Shown: piece by piece, positions 39,630 through 50,457 of the stretch | How the letters are laid out: every line of letters starts with the position of its first letter | How positions within the stretch are numbered: the stretch's first letter is position 1 | Position numbers and translations under genes: made by a program | Assembly: GCA_010015805.1 (NCBI GenBank) | Contig: ML978133.1 | Span: 558,001 to 622,000 of the forward strand | DNA from: Rhizodiscina lignyota | Lineage: Eukaryota | Length of the DNA: 64,000 nt | Reading direction: 5' to 3' | Notes under the pieces: model-generated | Told to the model about the DNA's origin: nothing | Databases searched by the model: none | What the model saw: the letters and a program-made list of their open reading frames with translations, nothing else

Positions 39630-41245
39630 ATCTGGCCCTCCTCGATTCCAAAGCGTCGTCTAGCACAGCAATTGTCATAGCGGCCTCTGGATCGCACACG
39701 TTTTCTCGACGGGGCTTGCGATGCGCCGCGGTCCGCTTTTATTCTGGACATGATCCTAAACATGATCCTACCCGTCAATCTCAGCCCTACGGTATCATAC
39801 CTTGCGCACTTTCACACCGCTCCGGCAGATCATACAAATCAGCCCATTCAGCCCAGTTCCTGCGATGATTAGAATTGCCCGCTTCGGGCGCGCCCGACCG
39901 TAACCGCGCTTCCCTTTCTTCCGCCCTATTTACCCCCACGGGTCCGAACCTTAGACGGCCCGCAATCCCTGGCGTGACTTCAGCTTCTCGACCGTCTCGA
40001 CTACTGTATGCACTCCAGATCAGCGTCGCAGCCAAAGCCTCCGTAAGGAACAGGGTTCGTGTCAGCATCAATCAGCCTTGCTCCTGGCACGATGCTGCAG
40101 TTCACACTTCGCTTTAGGACAATGTATCCTTGTAAGATATTCCCCTTCGGGGTGGAGAGACATTTGATGGTGGCCGGATCTGGAGCACTCGGCATTCCCT
40201 GTACTTAGCCCGTGAACAGGGGCTTCTCCGGCCATTTGTATATGATGAGGTTGGCGGAGCCTGCTGACATCCGTGCGAGATCTTGCGGTGAGGCTTATCG
40301 ATTGCTACCCGTCAGTGATGGAATAATGCTCGTAGGGCTGGATTTGCAACTGATACATGATAACTCCCGCAGCTTTTCTGCATCACTGCGAGCGCAGGCA
40401 TGTTGAGCACGCACGATTGATGATTGGGGCGGCCGAACATCGGCCTTGCTCCTAAACCTGGCTCCGCAAGTATTGAGCAAATGACCAGAAAGCATGGCCA
40501 GGCCTCTTACTCTATGTATGAACGGCCATTTCGGTCTCTTCTCTCGTCCGCAGAATGCTTCCAATGTGGGAGGGTGTGCGACACTGGGATTAGATACGCT
40601 GATCCAAACGGTCAGATGGCGAATGCACTACGTCCAACGTCTGCCCTATGAGCGAGCACGGACGCCCCGTTACGAGCCACATTGCTATTCCTGCGAACCG
40701 CTCTACATTTGGCGCAGCTCGTCTGTCGTCTGTATTGGAAAAGACGCAATCCTTCGGGCCTGCTCGCTTCCGGGCGTGTCCGTTTGTGCCTTTTCCACTC
40801 TCCTCTCCAGCCTGTAGCTACACTAGGCACACTCGGTTGAGCAGCGAACGTCGTGATATGCAATGCGCGCTGCACCTTGTTCATGCACGTTGGTCCCCCC
40901 ATTGCACACGCCTTGCCCAAACCCACTCTCGCGCCGCTCATTCGCTCGGCCATGTGCCGCGCGAAACGGAAGAGGTTGCGTGGAAAAGGAGGATGCAGAA
41001 CATACGTACATGCGCGAACGTGCTGCGCCTGCAGCAGGGCGAACAAATAACCCCATTTCGCATTCGAAAGCGCGTGGGGGCGGGCCGTAAGCTGGCTCGA
41101 GTTGTATTGGAGGCGCTTCTGTCAGCGGTGGAAGCTTGCGCGTGCTCGGCCATTTCGCACGTATCTGGCGGACTCGACTCCGCAGCAAGATGGCCGCTAA
41201 TGCGTACCCCGGACGCCACCGGCGCCACAGGCCATGTTTTGTGAT
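39630..41245 (+). ncRNA. TER: Putative telomerase RNA (TER), about 1.6 kb
   Basis: Non-coding gap between convergent SFT2 and NPR3. Elements in the expected order: tandem template ACATGATCCTAA-ACATGATCCTA (39748-39770) behind hairpin GTCCG/TGGAC; H-type pseudoknot (40760-40780/40826-40844 crossed by CCTTTTCCAC 40789-98/GTGGAAAAGG 40980-89); nested long-range helices 39693-39703/41016-41027 and 39678-85/41192-99; U-rich Sm-like site at 41234-43. Ends are approximate. Confidence 0.75.
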
Positions 41246-41573
41246 AGGGAGGTTGGAAAGGAGTTGGATGGAAGGGATAGCGGGTTTGGGCCACTTCGGA
41301 TATTGTCGGGTGACTGATGGTGGCCGTTGCATGGAGCTGAAGACTGGGCAAGGCTGGGAAGCTTGGTAAGAGGCGTCATACATTGAGGGAGTGGGTGAAG
41401 GTCCCAATGAGAGCTGAAGATTGTGGAACGACACCTCACGACGGGAACTTGTGGGCTTGGAGGACGAGAGCTGAGCATGTCGGCGTTAAGACATGAGGCT
41501 TCACATATCAGGACATCCTACAAACTATGGACTTTGGGTGGAGAAGAAGTCTTGTTCGAACTGCATGCAGTTA

Positions 41574-44176
41574 TTACCAGTTACGAGCAGTCAAGAGCCA
41601 TCCTCCTTCCTTGAGCCTGGCGATAACAGAAGCCACCTTCTTGCGCTTCAGTCCCTCTCTGAGAGCAATCTCATCCAGTGCATGCTTTCCGTCAAAGTAC
41701 TTCAGCATGATCGGCCACAGTTCCGTAAGCTCTGGGTCGGTGAAAGAAGAGCCAATGTGCTCAATCCACCGTGATTCGTTCGCATTCGCCTTTTGCGGAG
41801 AGTGTATGATTGTGGGCGTCAGTGATGTAGTGTCAAGTGTGATTATGTCCTTGATTGCGTCGCTCTGTGACGACACCACGCTGGGGCTGGGCTCTGGCTT
41901 CTCCACATCGGGAGAAAACTGTTGCTCCACATGCAGAGGTGAAGGGCGTATGGGCAGAGTGTGATGCTGCGGCGGGGAAGGGCTCATGGGCCTGTATGGC
42001 ACAGTCGTCCTCTCGCTGCTGATACTCCCAGCGTCAGAGGCTGGGTGTGAAGGCGACCGATAAGCTGAAAGATGCGGTGAGTGTGCTGCAGAGCCTGATG
42101 GAGAATTTGTAAGTGATGCGGTGGAACCGCTTTCGGTAGATCGATGACCGATTGATGCAGCAGTTGAAATTCCGTTCGCAATCTCTTCAGGATGCGGATC
42201 TAGCCCGCTCTGAAGGCGCTTTTTGGCTCGGAGTTCCTCTGCAAGTTTCATGGCAACTGCAGATTTGACCTTCGTTGGCACGCTGACCCACCCAAAGGAC
42301 TTGACTTGCGTGATCCATCCTCCACGCATAAGCCATGCCAGAATCTCCATATATGCAAATCGGTGATCCTTGGTTGGCATCAGCATGTAGTATGGACGCG
42401 GCACTCCTGACAGCAAATGCAAAATCTTTGGCAGCGGAGGGAGCGTTGGGAAGCGGTTGGCGAATGACACGATCGCAGCTGGCAGTGCGCGTACATCAGC
42501 GTTTGGGGAGACGACGTAGGTATCTCGGTGATGAAGCGGCGGGATTGCTCGAGCTCGTCGCCAGTATATCAGATGGCGTGCCAGAAAGAGCGAGTCGTTG
42601 AACGCCATCGTGGAATTGGAAAACAACTTCTGCAATGACTTCGTTGGAGTAAGATTTCTTATGAACCATACCAACGGGCCCGAGAGTTCCTTGTCATCGG
42701 TCTCAATCTCTTTAATTAAAGTATCTTCGTCTTCGAGCAAAAGGAGCGCCGAATGCGGATTCAATATTGAATCCGCATCGTCGTCTCCAGTGAAAGACCC
42801 AGTGGTTAGCCACAGACCGGGTACTTGCGGTTCCGTGGCGGTTGATAGGAACGGAGTGGATTCGGGTTGGGGTATCTGGAACGCGATATCAAACTCATTG
42901 TCAAGGTTGACATGTGCAATTTTGGAGACGGATAGTGCGTCAAAGATATGCGCCATGGCTTTCGCTAGGGAGGACGAGTTCATAATGTTCGGCCACAACA
43001 TATAGACTGGAGCGCCTGTTGTAAATTAGTAGCCCTCCTAAAATTTGTGCAGCATGTTTACATACGGCTTTCTCTTGCTTTCTCTTTTATGGCAAGAATT
43101 CTCATCGCTTGGTCCCAGACATAGTCACGGCGACCTTGCTCATGTTTAAGATATTTCGCGAGTTTCTTCGCAGCATGATCATAAATGTCGTCCACTCGTA
43201 GATGGTACTCTAAAGCTGGAGGATTCATCACGAATATAACGTTAAACATGGTCATTTGATTCTCGTTATCGCTCAGTGACGCGACCTCGGAAGCCGCGCC
43301 AGAAGGCAGTGCAGATGCGGCACCTGATATCAGGCCATGACCGTATGCTGATTCAAATCCGCTTACGAAATCAACATCAGGATCAGTCCTGCCGTTGCGG
43401 ACATCGATGCCCGAGTCACTGTCAACTGGCGCTGGATGTGCATCATCGTGGCTGGATTCATGCTCCTCTCGATGATCAGGCTTTGGGCGATTTCTGCGCT
43501 TTATCTTGCGCTTCTTATGTTTCCTCCATGCGCCATCTTCTCGGGCGAACATAGGGGCACTCAGGAATACAAGGTTGTCAATTCCAGTTTCAAATGTCCG
43601 CTTATTGAAAGCTCGGCCAGGAGTCAAAAGTTTGCTTAGAGTGTCGGCTTCGAAACCCAGAATTTGGTCCCAGGGCAAAGGTCGATGCGACCCAGATTCA
43701 TGACCGTCAGCATTGTTGGCCTGCTGGTCTGAAGGCAAGCCACTTTCGTCCTCGTCATCACCGCTTCCACCTTCGAGTTCGTCGTCAATATCTCTTCTCG
43801 CGCCGGTAACACGGCCAGACTTCACTGAGCCTACAGTGCGGCCTTTCGAGCCATCTCTCTTGCTCAAACTGCCAGATTTGCTCCTCTTTTCCTCCTCGCG
43901 ATCAACCTCGCTTCCAACTTGGCTTGCGACAGTCGATTGCGCATCATCATCGCTATCGGTACTGTCTTCGGTGCTGCTTTCGTCGCCTTCTGCACCCGTT
44001 GAAGCCCCGCCGTACCAGCTCGCATGCGCCGGAGGCGCTGTCTGAGTCGTGCTTGAGACACTCGGAGTTGGTGGATAGTGGAAGACTAGTCGTGGCTGGC
44101 CAGCGCGAGTGCGAATCACAAGAAGGATCGCGAGCAATGATGGATTTGGAGGGAGCGCTGGTGCCACGGTAGACAT
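41574..44176 (-). CDS. NPR3: Nitrogen permease regulator 3 (SEACIT/GATOR1 subunit); 2 exons
   Basis: LPPNPSLLAILLVIRTRAGQPRLVFHYPP; MTMFNVIFVMNPPALEYHLRVDDIYDH; LARHLIYWRRARAIPPLHHRDTYVVSPNA; KYFDGKHALDEIALREGLKRK. Confidence 0.93.
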
Positions 44177-44456
44177 TGGACGTTGCTCTCCCGAAACTTC
44201 TGCTTCAGGTCTAGAAGCATGCACGTAAGGGGATGTCACTCATTGTCGACAGTCCAATTGAGTAGCGACTTGGGCCAATAACCAGGGTTGAAAGATATTG
44301 CGGGGAGATCTGGGGTTGAGATTGAGCTTTAGATTGACTTCGATGCACGTCCAAATCGGGGAGCGCCACCCGCCTTGGCCTCCGCAACCTTGATATCAAG
44401 CTCCGTGACTGTATTACCTTCCTGGAATTTTAAGAAACTATACAAGTACGACCGCA

Positions 44457-45137
44457 ATGTCGCTCTCACCCCCGCCATCATCGTCAACGACCTCTCTAAC
44501 TACTTCTGCATCGCCCTTTCCTACAATCTACACACCATCCACCACGACTGGCGACTCGTCCAACTCGAGCGACTTCGTCTTCCCACCGCAGTACTCCTTT
44601 CCACCATTCTTCACGCTCCAACCTAACGCAACGACCCGCGCCTCCCAGCTCTCTTCCTGGTCCACGCTCATCCAATCCTACTGCCGGTACCACCGCCTGT
44701 TCAGCCTAGTCCTCGTCGACGCGATCCAGACCCCGCTCTTCACAAATAGCAAGCTCTCCAGGGCACTCTCCTTGCGCGACGCGCAGACTATCCTCTCATG
44801 GATGGCCTCTCCTGAGGGCGGCCGGCGCGCCGAGTTTGCAGATACGGGCGGTAAGGATGCCGCCAAGAGTTCTGGGGAGGGTGGAGGAGGGAAGGTGTGG
44901 ATATATTGGCGGCGACCGGAGGAATGGGCAGAGATGCTCGAGCGGTGGGTTGAAGGTACAGGACAGAAGGGTGCGGTGTTGACGCTGTATGAGCTTGTAG
45001 AGAGCGATGCGGTGCGGAAGGAGGAGTGGGCGGGAATGGAGGGGGAGATGCTGAGGAAAAGTCTTAATGTGCTGGTTAAGAGAGGGAGAGCTCAGATCTT
45101 CGGTCAGGGCGAGGAACTTGGGGTGAAATTCTTTTGA
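44457..45137 (+). CDS. VPS25: ESCRT-II subunit Vps25
   Basis: FVFPPQYSFPPFFTLQPNATTR...WIYWRRPEEWA...VLTLYEL...GVKFF C-terminus. Confidence 0.96.
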   Translation: MSLSPPPSSSTTSLTTSASPFPTIYTPSTTTGDSSNSSDFVFPPQYSFPPFFTLQPNATTRASQLSSWSTLIQSYCRYHRLFSLVLVDAIQTPLFTNSKLSRALSLRDAQTILSWMASPEGGRRAEFADTGGKDAAKSSGEGGGGKVWIYWRRPEEWAEMLERWVEGTGQKGAVLTLYELVESDAVRKEEWAGMEGEMLRKSLNVLVKRGRAQIFGQGEELGVKFF

Positions 45138-45463
45138 TTTCATTCATGAGACGGTATATAGACGTTGACCCCTACCGACTCGAGACTGCCGAATGAAATG
45201 AGAGTCATAAGGGATATCGAGGTATGCTTCATATCCAAGTATTACAATATCCCCTTCATAGCAACGCTGATCATGATAAAGAGTTCCGTACGCTCGACAT
45301 GCCTTGTCGATGCACAACCGCTCCCGCTAATGCAAAATGCCTCGCCAATACAGAGAACACCAGGAGGGCTCGATAGCCGCTCTTCCTCGCCATTGCAAAT
45401 CACCGAACATACGCCTTACACCTATGCTCCCGAGGCATGCTACTCTAGTCGTCAATGTCCGCC

Positions 45464-48256
45464 CTAGTCTAAGTTATTCTTCCCAGTATCGACGACCTTT
45501 TGGTTCATTGCGACATGCAACAACCAATCGCCTTTCACAATCCTGGGAACCATATCCTCTTTCTTCGCCAGCTCCTTGAATTTGCTCCACAACTCCTTAT
45601 CCTTCTTACCCTCACCACTGATGAGGTACAAGGTATCACCTTCATCTTCACCCTGGTTGTCCGCCACCGACTTGTCCTCTTGCGTCTCGCGGGTGAATGA
45701 CCTCTTTGAGGCTGTCATTGAAGAGCGACCTTTGTATAGGTTGCACATCCCACCATTAGCTTCGATGATGTCCTTGTATGTCTCCCATCCACCGGTAACG
45801 CCTTCGGTGCAGAAAATCTGCCAGCCACGGAGCAGTTTCCGGTTATTCTTTTTTGCGCGCTCCAGCGTCTGATCGATCTTAATGCCGAGTCTACCTTCTT
45901 CGATGCGATCGAGTAGAAGGTGAGCTTTTGGAGCAGGAATCTTATTATTGCGAAGACACGAGTCAAGCCAGTCAGTTGAAACGACGCGAGGCGCAGTGGC
46001 TAGGGCGGTAACAAATTTTCGTGTACGAACTATGCGGGGCGCGCAAAGGATGGTGCAATCAGCAGGTGATTCGGTGATGTGGATGCCCAGATTGCGAAGC
46101 TTGTTCTGTTTGACATGTTAGCTCATTTGTACAACTGAACCGCCCTGTATCCAGCAGAACAAATTAGTAACGAATGATCATATCCTTACCCTGTCTGCAG
46201 CTTCTTGTTGTGGCTTCTCCAGCCACTTTTCGTATTTCGTAACCATCAGTCTCTCTCCAATGGGAGGTCTCTTTTCTTTGACAACCGTCGTTTTGGCGCG
46301 TTTGGCTCCCTTCTTCCTCACTACATCCTCCAACGGTTCCTCGTCCTCGTCATCATCTTCATCGTCTGGCGTCTGCCTCTTCTTAGAATCGACCTCTTTC
46401 GTCTTAGGTCCATCGCTAGACCTTGGCCGTCCATGGGTCACACCACCAACACGTTTAGATTCCTTTTCATACTGCGCAATGTCCTTGGCAGCGTCATGGA
46501 GATGGGAGATCGCGCGCTCTTTTGCACGTCGACTGCCGGTCGTAGAAGGTGTCTCGTTCTCTTTGCCTTCCACAAAACGGGGTGCAGCTGGCGTACGAGT
46601 AACATTGTCTGTCTTCGACTTTTTCAGCTTCTGTCTACGAGTTGCAGTCGCCGCTGGTGATGGCGGGTCCATGGGTCCACCATCATCTAGGACAGGCTCT
46701 GACTCATCCTGATCGACGTCCATCATGTTCGTTTCTAAAAGGAGTTGCGGGTTCTCCCCCAGCTGGTCTTGAATCGCTCCCAAGTCGATTTGTGTCTGGC
46801 CTATAACCTCTCCTAGATTCGTTCGCGAGGGGAATGTAGTGTATCGCGGGTTTGTCATGGTCTGCATCTCGCACTTTGCGTAAGACTCCTCAAGCCATAA
46901 ATGGTTCACAATGTGGATGTTCCACTCTCTGGCTGCCTCGCACTTCTCACTGTTCATGTGCGCAGTGATCAGGTGCGTATTTTCCTGTTTCATCGTCTTC
47001 GTGAACTGTCCTCCCGCAGCATTCACAAGACTTTCGAGGTAGATTCTCGCTTCACCAGTATAATTCGAGATGCTGATCCTCATGTCCTCGAAGCCGGGGA
47101 TGCCGTGTCGCGGCATGGGATAGTGAAGGAGTCGCTTAGTTGGTGAAGTCCAAGTGTTGTGTGCATTGAGATAGTACAACCATGAAAGGTTGCCAATTTC
47201 TTTGCCAGATTTGTAGGCACTGGCGAAGTCATAGGAGTCTCGATATTTGCAAATATATACTGTCGCACGGTCGAGCCTATTGACGATGCTGCCTCCACCG
47301 CTCTTTACGAGATGCTCCAGAGTTTTCAGCAAGCGGTCACGGATGTCGAGGTCTGCTGAAATCATAATCTTCTTGCCTTTGAAGACGTCTATTTTGGTGC
47401 GCTCATCTTTTGAAGTAGAGTTGTCCGGAACCTCTCTTGGACTGGGATCAGTCGCACCTTGTATATCATCATATGATACTAGGTTGTGTTTCATCGGGCT
47501 GGGGTCCTTACGCAAGAGTTCGGGGTCTGGCAGGAGGTATGGCCGCTCGTCAATCTTCCGCTTTAGCTTCAAGCAGTCATCAAACCTCCAAATTATCAGC
47601 TGGGCGATCATAGGAGTAAAAAAAAAAATTGGACATACCAATGTGGCAACACAATTTTGCACTTCAGGTTCTTCTTTTTGGCCATGCTACACATTTCGTT
47701 GTCCATTGACAGAGCTACGATATGCGTCACCGTCTTTGTCAGAGGCCCCGAGCACAGTCCTCCCAAAGCTATGAGACCACCCTGGATTGCCTCGACATCA
47801 CCCTCCGGAATATCAGCGCATGTGAGCACTATGTCGCTGAAGATCATGCAAGGATCAGGACTGAATTGTCGAGGATTCGTTGTCTTCCCTTTCTCGACGC
47901 ATGTTTCGACCCAAGACGGTTTGACGACATGTTTCATTTTCTCGAGTGCGGCTGAGTAGTCGGCAAAGTCTGAGGTCGCCGAAATGATGTGTGTGGTTTT
48001 TTGCATGTTGCTTATGCACCCAGTTCTCGGATTGAGCGCGACGTGTTCGGCTCCATGATTGGTGAGTTCACGAAAGATCTAATAAGCGCAAGTATAAGTA
48101 AATGTCCTACAAATTTCCTCCGCATTAAACACAGCTATTCACCTTCTGCTCATAATCGCCTTTGAAGGAAGGACTGGGTATTATGGTGAAATAAACGCCT
48201 TCAAACAGTGGTCCCTCATTGACCGTGATGTCGAGATCTTCTCCCATGGCTGCCAT
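45464..48256 (-). CDS. brc1: Multi-BRCT DNA-repair scaffold (Brc1/Rtt107 family), multi-exon
   Basis: Several BRCT repeats: HVVKPSWVETC, VTHIVA...KIVLPHW, IGNLSWLYYL, ISISNYTGEARIYLESLV...THLITA...IVNHLWLEES, and the C-terminal IVKGDWLLHVAMNQK. Confidence 0.85.
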
Positions 48257-48835
48257 GCATCAAGAAGCAGTAAGCAAGGAACCGAGTCGATGCCTGGTAG
48301 CTGTCTTGTTTAATAATCGGGTCGTGGTTGAGCCGTACAGGAAGTTTGTCGATTGCGCAGCGCGGAAGGGTTGACGTTAAGTCGCGTCGTTTACATCTGC
48401 ACCAAAACGCGCTAGTCACCATATCACGTGGTGTGACCGGCCCGGGCCGATTTCTTGAGGTTATCGGACAACCTTGGCGCGAGTGAAGCCATTCCTCTCC
48501 TGCGGCCACTATTTTTACTTTACTACGTTGCTTACGCATCTCGACTGAGCATTTGGACAAGTATTCCAGCGCCGTAGACCTTCTCACCGACTCGCGTTTA
48601 AGACGCGTCCCATTTGCTTCTCCGTGATGAACCTCGGCCAAACGCCACCGATACCCCGACCATGCCGACCCCGACCCATCCTTCGGTCGAGAATTTGTTC
48701 GTCTGCGTAGCAAACGCGCCCAAATGTCACTCCACGACAACTCGTGCGATATTCACACATAAGCCGGGCACTCGACGACTACGTAGAATTTGTCGTGGGT
48801 CTTGGGTAGCCCGAATTTGATGCACACGTGCACAC

Positions 48836-50457
48836 ATGACCTTACGGCTACGATGCGCGTCACGTTCTCTACATGAAGCCGGCCCTTTTCAAGCTCTCTC
48901 ACGAACACATTCTCTAAATTTCTCCTTTCCCTTTAACAATTCAACGGGGTTCCGATACAATTCAAGCATGCCTTCGTCTCTTTTCCGCATAGATGAATAC
49001 AAGGTTCCTTGTCAGCACATCAGGCAGTACCCTCGAGCCACCAGGGGAAGCCAAGAGGAAGTCCTGCATATTGCTGTCAAGCAGTACACACCGCTGAATA
49101 ACCCCCACCCTAAGAAAGGAGATGTCACAGTCATCGGAACACAAGCAAACGGATTCCCGAAGGTAAATCTCTGATGTCGTAACCAACAAATTCGTTCCTT
49201 ACAATGTCCAGGAAGTTTACGAGCCCCTATGGGAAGATCTCTTAGAACGCACCAATGCGGCTGGTTTCGCGATACGGAGTATCTGGATAGCCGATGTCGC
49301 CCAGCAAGGTCAAAGCGGTGTCCTAAATGAGGGTAAACTTGGTAACGATCGTGAGTTTATCTGGACAAGGTGCGAGCTTTGCTCTCCTGATAATCCTCTA
49401 CGTAGCGTCCTGGTTTGACCACCCTCGGGATCTTCTTAACATGATCAATCACTTTCGTGATCAGATGCCGCGTCCGATTGTCGGCATAGGCCACTCCATG
49501 GGCGGAAACCACCTGGTCAACCTCTCCTTGATCCATCCTCGCTTGTTTGAGACTATCGTCCTCATTGACCCTGTGGTCCAACGCTTTACAAATGCACAGG
49601 GAAATTACCAACCAGCGTATGCCTCTTCTATCCGTCGAGACCGATGGCCATCTAGAGACGAGGCTAGAAAGGCGTTCCTTCGGAGCAAGTTCTACCAGGC
49701 ATGGGACCCGAGAGTAATGGATCGTTGGATAGCCTATGGCCTACGAGAGCTTCCAACCGAACTATATCCTGAGCATCAACCAATACAACAAGCACCTGCA
49801 ACACCCGAAGCAGCAGCTAATGCTCCCACTGAGCCACAGCGCGAAGTCACATTGACGACGACAAAGCATAGCGAAGTCTTCACATTCCTCCGACCACACT
49901 TCCTTGAGCGCGACAAACAAGGCCTGACAGTGGTGAATCCAGATATGGAGCGCCTGACACATCCTGATCTCGACCTCCGAGAGCATCCAAGCAGTCCATT
50001 CTACAGGCCTGAACCGATCATCACCTTCCACAACCTGCCATTCGTACGCCCGAGTGTCCTCTACGTCTTTGGTGAAGACTCGCACCTCTCGAAGCCAGAA
50101 TTGTGCAACGACAAGTTGTCGATGACTGGCATAGGCGTGAGCGGCTCTGGCGGTGTGAAGGCAGGACGAGTGAAGGGTGTCATGCTCAAGAAAGGCGGTC
50201 ACTTGATGCCAATGGAGCAAGTTGGCGAGGTAGCCGACAATTGCTGCAATTGGCTCGATGCGGAATTGAAGCGGTTTGCGGCTAATGAGGCGATCCAAGA
50301 TGGCGTGTGGGAGAAGGTGAAGGATAAGGAGAAGTACACGTTGAATGAGAGGTACTTGAAGGAGTTGAAAACTGATAATGTGGCGAAGCTTGAAAAGATT
50401 GAGAATGAGAAGCAGGCGAAGAAGAAAGCGGAGACGATGAGGCAGAGCAAACTGTGA
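48836..50457 (+). CDS. Alpha/beta hydrolase with C-terminal PTS1 (SKL); alternative in-frame start at 48968; 3 exons
   Basis: QANGFPKE(V)YEPLW, SWFDHPRDLL, nucleophile elbow GHSMGG, GGHLMPME; ends in QSKL*. Confidence 0.88.

Noticed and set aside
40424..41478. Several 100-200 aa ORFs on both strands in the SFT2-NPR3 gap
   Set aside because: No domains and mutually overlapping; better explained as chance ORFs in a GC-rich structured RNA gene.
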